A DNA stretch of 29,448 nucleotides, from positions 1-29,448 of the forward strand of contig CAJXDB010000001.1 in the NCBI GenBank assembly GCA_913052285.1, read 5' to 3'. Shown one piece after another: positions 16,832-24,966 of this stretch (position 1 is its first letter; every line of letters begins with the position of its first letter). This stretch comes from an uncultured bacterium (GTDB taxonomy: Bacteria > Patescibacteriota > Minisyncoccia > Phycocordibacterales > CAJXDB01). Position numbers and translations under genes: made by a program. The notes under the pieces were generated by a model, which saw only the letters and a program-made list of their open reading frames with translations, did no database searches and had not been told where the DNA came from.

Positions 16832-17320
16832 ATGAAGCAGAGAAATAAAATTATAGCCGTAGGTACCGGACTTAGTGTCGTAATCTTATTCTTCGTGATT
16901 CTCGGAGGTTTTGTATTTACAGATGAACTTGGTGTCGGCAGTGTCGCAGGTGTTATAGGATCAGAATCAGAAGAAGCTCAAGTATCAGAAAGTGGTCTTA
17001 TTACACAAGACATGGTCACTGGCGACGGAGATGAGGCTGCTCCAGGTGTTATTGCAACGGTTCACTATACTGGGCAACTTGCTGATGGAACAGTTTTTGA
17101 CAGCTCTCTTAATCGCGGAACACCATTTCAATTTGTCATTGGTGCGGGTCAGGTAATTCAAGGTTGGGAAGAAGGAATCTCTGGTATGAAAGTTGGAGGT
17201 AAGCGAATTCTTGTAATACCATCAGAGCTTGGTTATGGAAGCACTCAAGTTGGTCCAATTCCTCCAAATTCAACTCTTCTCTTTGAGGTGGAGCTTCTTG
17301 GTGTAGAGAATCTGGAGTAA
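16832..17320 (+). CDS. FKBP-type peptidyl-prolyl isomerase with N-terminal membrane anchor
   Basis: VHYTG-x-L-x-DGTVFDSS, VIQGWEEG, GGKR-x-LVIP-x-x-LGYG, IPPNSTL-x-FEVEL. Confidence 0.96.
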   Translation: MKQRNKIIAVGTGLSVVILFFVILGGFVFTDELGVGSVAGVIGSESEEAQVSESGLITQDMVTGDGDEAAPGVIATVHYTGQLADGTVFDSSLNRGTPFQFVIGAGQVIQGWEEGISGMKVGGKRILVIPSELGYGSTQVGPIPPNSTLLFEVELLGVENLE

Positions 17321-17334
17321 GTAATATAAAATTA

Positions 17335-17368
17335 AAACATAAAACTCCGCGTGCGGAGTTTTATGTTT
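17335..17368. terminator. Terminator-like hairpin
   Basis: 16-bp perfect stem AAACATAAAACTCCGC/GCGGAGTTTTATGTTT after the FKBP gene. Confidence 0.7.
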
Positions 17369-17384
17369 GGTACATGTTTTAACA

Positions 17385-17393
17385 TTATCCACA
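17385..17393 (+). promoter_or_regulatory. Consensus DnaA box upstream of uvrB
   Basis: Exact TTATCCACA. Confidence 0.5.
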
Positions 17394-17527
17394 ATAGTTT
17401 CTTTTGAACTCTCTGGTATACTGGTTCAGGAAAAGTTTGTTATGCTGTCAAAAGCGTGCTCGGCGCCGTCGTTACGACGGCGCCGTTTCCGTTTCTTTAG
17501 GTTTTTGTTAGAGTGTTCCTCATGAGT

Positions 17528-19555
17528 ATGTTTAAACTCAAATCAGAATATAAACCTGCTGGTGATCAACCGCAGGCGATTAAGGCGCTTACAGAAGGCG
17601 TTAAGAAAGGACTTGATCATCAGGTTCTTCTTGGAGTTACCGGGTCTGGGAAGACGTTTACCGTTGCAAATGTTATTGAAAAAATTCAAAAGCCGACACT
17701 TGTGATTGCCCACAACAAGACACTTGCGGCACAGCTTGCGCAGGAGTATCGCGAATTTTTCCCTGATAATGCTGTTCACTACTTTGTTTCATACTATGAC
17801 TACTACCAGCCGGAAGCGTACTTGCCGGTCTCTGATACATACATAGAAAAAGAAGCGAATATTAACCAAGAAATTGACCGCTTGCGTCACGGAGCTACTC
17901 AAGCACTTCTAACGCGTAAAGACGTTATTGTAGTTGCGTCTGTGTCTGCCATTTATGGACTTGGAAGTCCTGTTGAGTATGAGAGAGTCCATGTAAAGTT
18001 TTTGAAGGGAATGAAGGGGACTCGGGCAGATTTAATACGAAAGCTCGTCAGTGTTTACTTTGAACGCACTAACTCAGACTTAACTCCAGGAAAGTTTCGT
18101 GCACTTGGGGGAAGTCTTGAGATTATGCCTACAAGCGAAAAGGCAATTTATCGTATTACGTTTTCAGGTGATCGTATTGAAAAAATAGAACATATTGCCG
18201 CTATTACTAGAAAGATTGTTAAAGATCTCGACTCATTCTTTTTGTTTCCTGCAAAACATTTTGTAACTTCGAAAGATGAGCGAGTGCGTGCGCTTGCTGA
18301 TATTACTGAAGAGCTTAGAGAACGTTTAGGAGAACTTAAGAGGCAAGGAAAGAACCTTGAAGCAGAGCGTCTTCGTAGGCGTACTAACCATGATATTGCA
18401 CTAATACGGGAAGTTGGATATGTGAATGGCATTGAAAATTATTCACGCCACTTTGATGGGCGCATGGAAGGGGAACCTCCATATACGCTTCTGTCGTATT
18501 TCTCTCATACAAAAAGCGGCAAACCAGATTTCTTAACGGTAATTGATGAATCGCATGTGACTATACCTCAGCTTGGGGGTATGTATGCCGGAGACCGTTC
18601 ACGCAAAAAAACACTTGTTGAACACGGCTTTCGATTACCGTCTGCGGTTGATAACAGGCCACTTGAATTTGAGGAATTTGAAAAGCGTGTTGGACAGGTG
18701 TTATATACTTCGGCAACACCGGGTCCATATGAACTTGGGGAGACGAAAAAAGGCCCTTCAACGGGTTCAGGACAGGTGGTAGAGCAGATTATTAGGCCTA
18801 CAGGACTTGTGGATCCGGAAATTGTGGTTGAGCCGATTGTAAGTTCCAATGCGTACCCGGGCCAAGTTCAGCATTTTATTTCAGAGGCAGAAAAAGTGGT
18901 TTCGCGTGGTGGAAGAGTAATTGCAACAACGCTTACAAAAAAAATGGCGGAAGATCTTGCCGACTATCTGCGAGATAAAGGTATTAAAGCGGAGTATTTG
19001 CACAGTGATATTAAAACATTTGAACGCATTACTATTTTGACCGACTTTAGAAAAGGTGAATTTGATATTTTGGTTGGGGTAAATCTTCTTCGTGAAGGAC
19101 TCGATCTTCCAGAGGTAATGCTTATCGGTATTCTTGACGCGGACAAAGAAGGATTTCTTAGATCTGAAACGTCTCTTGTTCAGATTATAGGGCGCGCGGC
19201 GCGGAATGTATTAGGACGAGTGATTTTATATGCAGATACAATGACTGGTTCGATGGAACGTGCAATAAGTGAGACAAACAGGAGACGGAAAATTCAACTG
19301 GCTTATAATAAAAAGCATAATATTACACCGAAGACTATTGTAAAAAGTATTAAGGATATCACTGACCAAATTCAGAGCGATCACGGAAAAGCGGTCTCAA
19401 CACTTCTGGTTGTTGATAGGGAATTGTATAAAAAGAATCCAAAGAAGGTAATTCGCGATAAGGAAAAGCAAATGAATGCCGCAGTGAAGGTTCTTGATTT
19501 CGAGACGGCAGCAATTTTGCGGGATGAGATCAGGGAGTTAGAAAGTAAAAAGTAA
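17528..19555 (+). CDS. uvrB: Excinuclease ABC subunit B
   Basis: LLGVTGSGKT, beta-hairpin YYDYYQPEAY, DESH, SATP, GVNLLREGLDLPEV, QIIGRAARN, C-terminal UVR domain. Start 17528 or 17522. Confidence 0.98.
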   Translation: MFKLKSEYKPAGDQPQAIKALTEGVKKGLDHQVLLGVTGSGKTFTVANVIEKIQKPTLVIAHNKTLAAQLAQEYREFFPDNAVHYFVSYYDYYQPEAYLPVSDTYIEKEANINQEIDRLRHGATQALLTRKDVIVVASVSAIYGLGSPVEYERVHVKFLKGMKGTRADLIRKLVSVYFERTNSDLTPGKFRALGGSLEIMPTSEKAIYRITFSGDRIEKIEHIAAITRKIVKDLDSFFLFPAKHFVTSKDERVRALADITEELRERLGELKRQGKNLEAERLRRRTNHDIALIREVGYVNGIENYSRHFDGRMEGEPPYTLLSYFSHTKSGKPDFLTVIDESHVTIPQLGGMYAGDRSRKKTLVEHGFRLPSAVDNRPLEFEEFEKRVGQVLYTSATPGPYELGETKKGPSTGSGQVVEQIIRPTGLVDPEIVVEPIVSSNAYPGQVQHFISEAEKVVSRGGRVIATTLTKKMAEDLADYLRDKGIKAEYLHSDIKTFERITILTDFRKGEFDILVGVNLLREGLDLPEVMLIGILDADKEGFLRSETSLVQIIGRAARNVLGRVILYADTMTGSMERAISETNRRRKIQLAYNKKHNITPKTIVKSIKDITDQIQSDHGKAVSTLLVVDRELYKKNPKKVIRDKEKQMNAAVKVLDFETAAILRDEIRELESKK

Positions 19556-19590
19556 ATGGCGTATCAGTACTGCTTGTACTGATACGCCAT
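19556..19590. terminator. Perfect hairpin between convergent genes
   Basis: ATGGCGTATCAGTAC-TGCTT-GTACTGATACGCCAT (15-bp stem, no U-tract) starting right after the uvrB stop. Confidence 0.55.
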
Positions 19591-19626
19591 GATCTTCTTG
19601 AGCCACTATATGCAGCTCATTCGCAG

Positions 19627-20037
19627 TTAGCCGGTCGAGCCGGGACCGGTCGAACCCGCGAGTTCGGAGCCGGCATCGCCCGTGGTATCGGGCTGCGTTC
19701 CGACGACGTCGAAGTTGTCGTCACCCCCGACGGCATCGTCGGGGGTGGACACCTCGCCGATCTGCTCGCAGAGCGCATTGGCAACTTTGGAAAACTTCTG
19801 CGTCTCGAGCACTTTGATGGTCTCGCCGACCACGCTGGTCGCAATATCGAGACCAAGCTCTTCGGCTTTGGCCGTGACGGCGCTGATGATCGGCAAAACA
19901 TGTTCGGACGGAATTTTCGTTTTCTTAACCTGCACATCGAGCAAACGGGTGAACTCGTCCGGCGTATTCATCGCCCCGATCGTCGGAATAACGGTTTCGT
20001 GGTACGGAAAAAATTCTTTCTTCTGCGTCTGCGGCAT
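19627..20037 (-). CDS. GC-rich hypothetical 136-aa protein
   Basis: AGGAGG 5 nt before ATG 20037; acidic Gly/Ser/Thr-rich tail; family not recognised. Confidence 0.7.
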   Translation of the reverse strand: MPQTQKKEFFPYHETVIPTIGAMNTPDEFTRLLDVQVKKTKIPSEHVLPIISAVTAKAEELGLDIATSVVGETIKVLETQKFSKVANALCEQIGEVSTPDDAVGGDDNFDVVGTQPDTTGDAGSELAGSTGPGSTG

Positions 20038-20140
20038 TAAAGCCTCCTGTAAAGAATAAACTTGCACCGGTTGGTACAAGTTCGCCTTTTATACAGGACT
20101 CTCTAAATCCTGTCAAGTTTATATCTACCTTTATTTAGCG

Positions 20141-20329
20141 CTATCTAAGGGAGCGGATTGCGTGCCAGGCAAGAATAAAGCCTAAGAGGGATGCTAGAAG
20201 GGAAACCCATATAGGTACTGCCCAGGTATCTACGGTCACTTCCCATCCGTAAAGTACTCTAACACCGTGTCCTATGCCAACGGCAAGGAAAACAAGTGCC
20301 GTGGCTCCTGTAAAAAACCCATTTCGCAT
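20141..20329 (-). CDS. Small two-TM membrane protein (62 aa)
   Basis: MRNGFF...GIGHGVRVLYGWEV...VPIWVS...; two hydrophobic helices; start taken at 20329. Confidence 0.65.
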   Translation of the reverse strand: MRNGFFTGATALVFLAVGIGHGVRVLYGWEVTVDTWAVPIWVSLLASLLGFILAWHAIRSLR

Positions 20330-20350
20330 GTGAAGCATGTTCAAAAAAGT

Positions 20351-20384
20351 GTTACTGAACTTGTTAAGTAACAAGTTCAGTAAC
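20351..20384. repeat. Inverted repeat in the divergent region upstream of uvrA
   Basis: GTTACTGAACTTGTT-AAGT-AACAAGTTCAGTAAC, 15-bp perfect arms. Confidence 0.7.
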
Positions 20385-20650
20385 AAAATTATCGCTGTTA
20401 ACCTATTAATTATATCTTTTTTGCACTATATTGGTGCGCATTGTCTGTGGATAGAGTGCGTGATAGAGTGAGCACATACCCCCTATAGGAAGTAAGTGGG
20501 GGCACTTTTTCGTATAGAAAAATAAGGAGCTATGCGACTATATTGTTCTTAACCATGTTAAATCTTTCGCTCAAGCGAAAGGAAAATCAAAGATTTTATT
20601 TAACAGGGTGCAAGGGCTTCTAATTCCTTTCACTCATAAGAATCTCTAAC

Positions 20651-23221
20651 ATGCAAAGCAAAATTATCGTTAAAGGAGCGCGGACGCATAACCTCAAAAA
20701 CATCACGGTTACAATGCCGCGAAACAAAATGATTGTTTTTACCGGTCTTTCTGGTTCGGGAAAATCATCGCTTGCATTTGACACCATTTTTGCAGAGGGT
20801 CAGCGTCGCTACGTTGAGTCACTTTCAGCATACGCAAGGCAATTTTTGCGGCAAATGCAAAAACCAGACGTAGATGAAATAGTCGGACTTTCACCAGCTA
20901 TCTCAATTGATCAGAAGAGCCGGTCGAATAATCCGCGTTCTACGGTTGCTACCATAACCGAGATTTATGATTACCTTCGTATCCTATATGCACGAATTGG
21001 TAAACCGCACTGTCTTGAATGCGGGCGTGAAATAAAACGACTTTCAAATGAGGAAATTCTAGAAACCATTCTTAAGACGGTAGGAAGTGTTAATACTAAG
21101 AAGACAAATAAGAAAGTGTACGATGTATCGTACAACGACTTAAAGCTTCAGATATTTGCTCCAGTTGTAGTTGGTCGAAAAGGAGAACATTATCAGCTTC
21201 TATACGACCTTCTCTCGAAAGGATATGAGCGTGTTCGAATTGACGGTTCAATAAAAAAACTTCGTGAGAGAATTACGCTTACGAAGACCAAGAAACACGA
21301 CATAGATGTTTTGGTTGACGAGATTTTTGTGAGTGAATTTAAAGATGATAAGAAGGGAAGTCGTGAGCGGCTCTCGGAAGCAATTGAGCGTGCACTCCAT
21401 GAGTCCGACGGGCTCATAAAAGTTATTGACCCCGAAGGTAGTGAGCGGCTTATATCAGCAAAGTTTATGTGTCCGTACGACGGGTTCTCATTTCCTGAAG
21501 TTGAACCGCGATTGTTCTCATTTAATTCGCCGTACGGAGCATGTCCGGAATGTAATGGTCTCGGGAGCAAGTATTTTTTTGGAAAAGAGGCGTGTGATGT
21601 ATGTAAAGGGGCACGGCTCCGTCCGGAAGCTCCTCATGTATTTTTAGGAGAAAAAGTAAACATTGTTGATCTAGTAGGGCGGTCAATCAAAGATGCAAGA
21701 GATTTTTTCGATAAACTCAAACTGTCTGAAAAAGAGGAAGAGATTTCTAGAGTGGTTATTAAAGAAATTACCAATAGGCTTCAGTTTATGCTCGATGTAG
21801 GAATCGAGTACCTTTCTCTTGACCGTCGCGCTAACACGCTTTCTGGTGGTGAGGCGCAGCGAATTCGGCTTGCGTCTCAGCTTGGCTCTAGACTTGTTGG
21901 AGCACTCTACGTACTCGACGAGCCGACAATTGGGCTTCATTCTCGAGACAATGATCGCTTGATCAAGACGTTATTAAGTCTCCGTGATCTTGGAAATACC
22001 ATTATTGTCGTTGAGCATGATGAAGATACTATTTACTCTGCCGACCATATCGTCGATCTTGGCCCTGGGGCCGGAGTTCATGGTGGAGAAGTAGTGGTGT
22101 CAGATGATCTTGAAAAACTCTTGACCTCCAAGCGAAATACTTCAAAATCAGTCACGCTTGAGTACCTGCGAGGTGAGAGAGAAATTGAAGTGCCTGAAAC
22201 TCGCCGATCGAGTAATAAGGGGGCGCTTAAAATTCGCGGTGGGAAAGTATTTAATATAAAAAACTTAAATTTGGATATTCCGCTTGGAAAACTCATTACC
22301 ATTACTGGTGTTTCTGGCTCTGGAAAGTCCACTCTCCTTTATGAGGTTTTGAATAAGAATCTGCGTGCGCGTTTTGACAGACGGTATCGAAGTAGTCAAA
22401 CTTTCAACTGTAAAAGTTTTGCCGGAACTGAGTACTTAAACCGTGCGATTTTAATTGATCAGTCACCGATTGGGCGCACACCACGGTCAAATCCTGCAAC
22501 GTACACCGGTACATTTACATTTATTCGCGAACTTTTTGCGTCAACTGAAGAAGCGCGTGCACGCGGATGGAAACCAAGCAGGTTCTCTTTCAATGTGAAG
22601 GATGGAGGTCGCTGCGAAGCATGTCAAGGAAATGGGCTGGTTGCCGTTGAGATGCATTTTTTGCCTACGGTGTATGTGACGTGTGATATATGCGGAGGAA
22701 AAAGATTCATGAAGGAGACGCTTGAGGTTACATACAAAAAGAAGAATATTTACCAAGTGCTTCGTATGACCGTTGAGGAGGCGCTCAAGTTTTTTGAGGA
22801 TATTCCGGCAATATATGATCGATTGAAAACACTTGATGATGTCGGGCTTGGATACCTTGAGCTTGGTCAGTCTGCAACAACTCTTTCAGGAGGAGAGGCA
22901 CAGAGGGTTAAGATTGCTTCAGAACTCTATCGGCCGCATCTACAAAAAACAATTTATCTTCTCGACGAGCCGACAGTGGGACTTCACTACGAAGATGTAA
23001 AGAAGCTTATTGAGATATTAGAAAAATTAATAGAGCAGGGTAATACCGTGGTTGTGATTGAGCACAATATGGATATCATCAAGAGCTCTGACCATATCGT
23101 TGACATAGGTCCCGAAGGTGGTGAACATGGAGGTATGATAGTTGCAAAGGGAACGCCTGAAGACGTGTCACAAGTCAAAACATCTTATACAGGGAAATAT
23201 TTGAAGAAGGTGTTGCGGTAG
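20651..23221 (+). CDS. uvrA: Excinuclease ABC subunit A (lacking insertion domain)
   Basis: Two ABC modules ([22 protein letters not shown]; GVSGSGKST), [17 protein letters not shown]...CDIC zinc finger; 856 aa. Confidence 0.98.
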   Translation: MQSKIIVKGARTHNLKNITVTMPRNKMIVFTGLSGSGKSSLAFDTIFAEGQRRYVESLSAYARQFLRQMQKPDVDEIVGLSPAISIDQKSRSNNPRSTVATITEIYDYLRILYARIGKPHCLECGREIKRLSNEEILETILKTVGSVNTKKTNKKVYDVSYNDLKLQIFAPVVVGRKGEHYQLLYDLLSKGYERVRIDGSIKKLRERITLTKTKKHDIDVLVDEIFVSEFKDDKKGSRERLSEAIERALHESDGLIKVIDPEGSERLISAKFMCPYDGFSFPEVEPRLFSFNSPYGACPECNGLGSKYFFGKEACDVCKGARLRPEAPHVFLGEKVNIVDLVGRSIKDARDFFDKLKLSEKEEEISRVVIKEITNRLQFMLDVGIEYLSLDRRANTLSGGEAQRIRLASQLGSRLVGALYVLDEPTIGLHSRDNDRLIKTLLSLRDLGNTIIVVEHDEDTIYSADHIVDLGPGAGVHGGEVVVSDDLEKLLTSKRNTSKSVTLEYLRGEREIEVPETRRSSNKGALKIRGGKVFNIKNLNLDIPLGKLITITGVSGSGKSTLLYEVLNKNLRARFDRRYRSSQTFNCKSFAGTEYLNRAILIDQSPIGRTPRSNPATYTGTFTFIRELFASTEEARARGWKPSRFSFNVKDGGRCEACQGNGLVAVEMHFLPTVYVTCDICGGKRFMKETLEVTYKKKNIYQVLRMTVEEALKFFEDIPAIYDRLKTLDDVGLGYLELGQSATTLSGGEAQRVKIASELYRPHLQKTIYLLDEPTVGLHYEDVKKLIEILEKLIEQGNTVVVIEHNMDIIKSSDHIVDIGPEGGEHGGMIVAKGTPEDVSQVKTSYTGKYLKKVLR

Positions 23222-23244
23222 CACATTGTGAACACTTCTGCTAA

Positions 23245-23269
23245 AATTAGTTTTTAGAAGAAACTAATT
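23245..23269. repeat. AT-rich hairpin after uvrA
   Basis: AATTAGTTT-TTAGAAG-AAACTAATT. Confidence 0.45.
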
Positions 23270-23295
23270 ATCAGATTCAGAAAAAGGAGGGCAAA

Positions 23296-23658
23296 ATGCC
23301 GCTAGATCTACCAAGCCCCTGTGTGCGTAAAGCGGCTCGTGCCATGCTCTATCAGTGTGACATGAGTACCGGTGCTGTCGAAGCGCTTCACGAGGGACTT
23401 AACTGCGTCAAAACAGTTCGAGATCTTCTCTATGTCTGCAATATGCGCAACTCGTTGTTACCAGTTGGAATGAAATCGGAAGATCTTTCCGAAGATATGC
23501 AAACACTCCTGATGGAAGCCGATGGTCGGATTCTAAAATTAGTCAAAGTAGACTTTAGCGAGTCTTTCTCACCCGATGAATGGCGAAATCTTAGAGATAA
23601 ACTTGCACCGGGCACGGAACCTTTTCGGTTCGTAACGGAAAAGGTCGCAAGTCTCTGA
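23296..23658 (+). CDS. Hypothetical 120-aa protein between uvrA and uvrC
   Basis: AAGGAGG SD 5 nt before the ATG; fills the intergenic gap; family not recognised. Confidence 0.7.
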   Translation: MPLDLPSPCVRKAARAMLYQCDMSTGAVEALHEGLNCVKTVRDLLYVCNMRNSLLPVGMKSEDLSEDMQTLLMEADGRILKLVKVDFSESFSPDEWRNLRDKLAPGTEPFRFVTEKVASL

Positions 23659-23662
23659 TAAC

Positions 23663-23694
23663 TACTCGCTTCGCTACATTTAGCGAAGCGAGTA
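23663..23694. repeat. Perfect 14-bp-stem hairpin upstream of uvrC
   Basis: TACTCGCTTCGCTA-CATT-TAGCGAAGCGAGTA. Confidence 0.75.
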
Positions 23695-23705
23695 AATCTT
23701 TTCAT

Positions 23706-24944
23706 ATGAAAGCAAATGACTTGAAACAAATTAAACTTCCAGATAAGTCCGGCGTGTACTTTTTTATAGGGCTCAATGGCAAAGTTCTCTATATAGGAAA
23801 AGCAACTTCTCTACGTAGTCGTGTGCGTAGCTATTTCAATACGGATGTAGCAAAAACTCGTGGATCGCTAATAAAACAAATGACAAATCTTGCGTACTCG
23901 CTTGATTACATGGAAACTGACTCGGTTCTTGAGGCGCTCATTCTCGAAGCAAATCTCATTAAAAAACATAAACCACGTTTTAATACGAGAGAAAAGGATG
24001 ACAAGAGTTTTAACTACGTTGTGATTACTGACGAGGAATACCCGCGAGTGCTTGTAACGCGCGGACGTGAACTTGGTAAACAGTTTGAACATGTAAAGGT
24101 TAAATATCTTTTTGGACCGTTTCCGCACGGAGGAGTTTTCAAGGATGCACTAAGAATTATACGAAAAATTTTCCCTTTTTATGATACGAAAGCTCCGGTC
24201 ACTTCATCTAAGTCCAAAGTACAGTTGGGAAAAATTCTGTTTAATCAACAGATTGGAATATATCCGAAAAACATAACACGCGAAGAATACGCCAGACTAA
24301 TACATCATTTGAAGCTATTTTTTGAGGGGCGGAAAAAAGATCTTATAAAAAGTTTAGAGCAGGAGATGAAAAGTTATGCATCTCGTAAAGAGTTTGAAAA
24401 GGCGGAAACCGTGAAAAGGCGGATTTTTGCTCTCAAACATATTCAGGACGTTGCACTCATAAAAAAGGAACTCAAAGAGCCTATGCAAAATGAGGGACAA
24501 AGAAAGATATTTCGTATTGAAGCATATGATGTGGCTCATACGGGAGGTACGGATATGGTTGGTGCAATGGTTGTATCTGAAAATGGCACATTAAAGCCCG
24601 ATCTGTATCGTAAATTTAAAATACGAAGTGTAACAAAGTCGGATGATACGGCATCGCTCAAGGAGCTCCTTGAGCGACGCCTAACACACGCTGAGTGGCA
24701 ATACCCATCTCTTATTGTTGTAGATGGGGGAATGGCTCAGCAAAATGTTGCCGAGAAGGTGCTTGAAGAAAATGGATATGCTATTCCGACTGTCGCTGTT
24801 GTTAAAGGCGTGGGGCACAAACCGAGGCGAATTTTAGGTAATCGAGTTATTGTACATAGGCATGAAAGCATAATTCTTAAAGCAAACGCAGAAGCTCACC
24901 GTTTTTCTCTTTCATATCACCGATCTTTGCGAGAAAAGCTTTGA
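23706..24944 (+). CDS. uvrC: Excinuclease ABC subunit C, minimal form (GIY-YIG + UVR + RNase H-like)
   Basis: GVYFF...LYIGKA-x-SLRSRVRSYF, EALILEANLIK, RIEAYDVAH, YRKFKI, DD-x-x-S, VVDGG, EAHRF; 412 aa. Confidence 0.9.
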   Translation: MKANDLKQIKLPDKSGVYFFIGLNGKVLYIGKATSLRSRVRSYFNTDVAKTRGSLIKQMTNLAYSLDYMETDSVLEALILEANLIKKHKPRFNTREKDDKSFNYVVITDEEYPRVLVTRGRELGKQFEHVKVKYLFGPFPHGGVFKDALRIIRKIFPFYDTKAPVTSSKSKVQLGKILFNQQIGIYPKNITREEYARLIHHLKLFFEGRKKDLIKSLEQEMKSYASRKEFEKAETVKRRIFALKHIQDVALIKKELKEPMQNEGQRKIFRIEAYDVAHTGGTDMVGAMVVSENGTLKPDLYRKFKIRSVTKSDDTASLKELLERRLTHAEWQYPSLIVVDGGMAQQNVAEKVLEENGYAIPTVAVVKGVGHKPRRILGNRVIVHRHESIILKANAEAHRFSLSYHRSLREKL

Positions 24945-24966
24945 TCATTTGCTATACTTAACTGTA

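Noticed and set aside
20525-20625. SD-led 6-codon ORF (MRLYCS) and a 22-codon ORF upstream of uvrA
   Set aside because: Too short and featureless to support; uvrA has its own proximal promoter-like motif.
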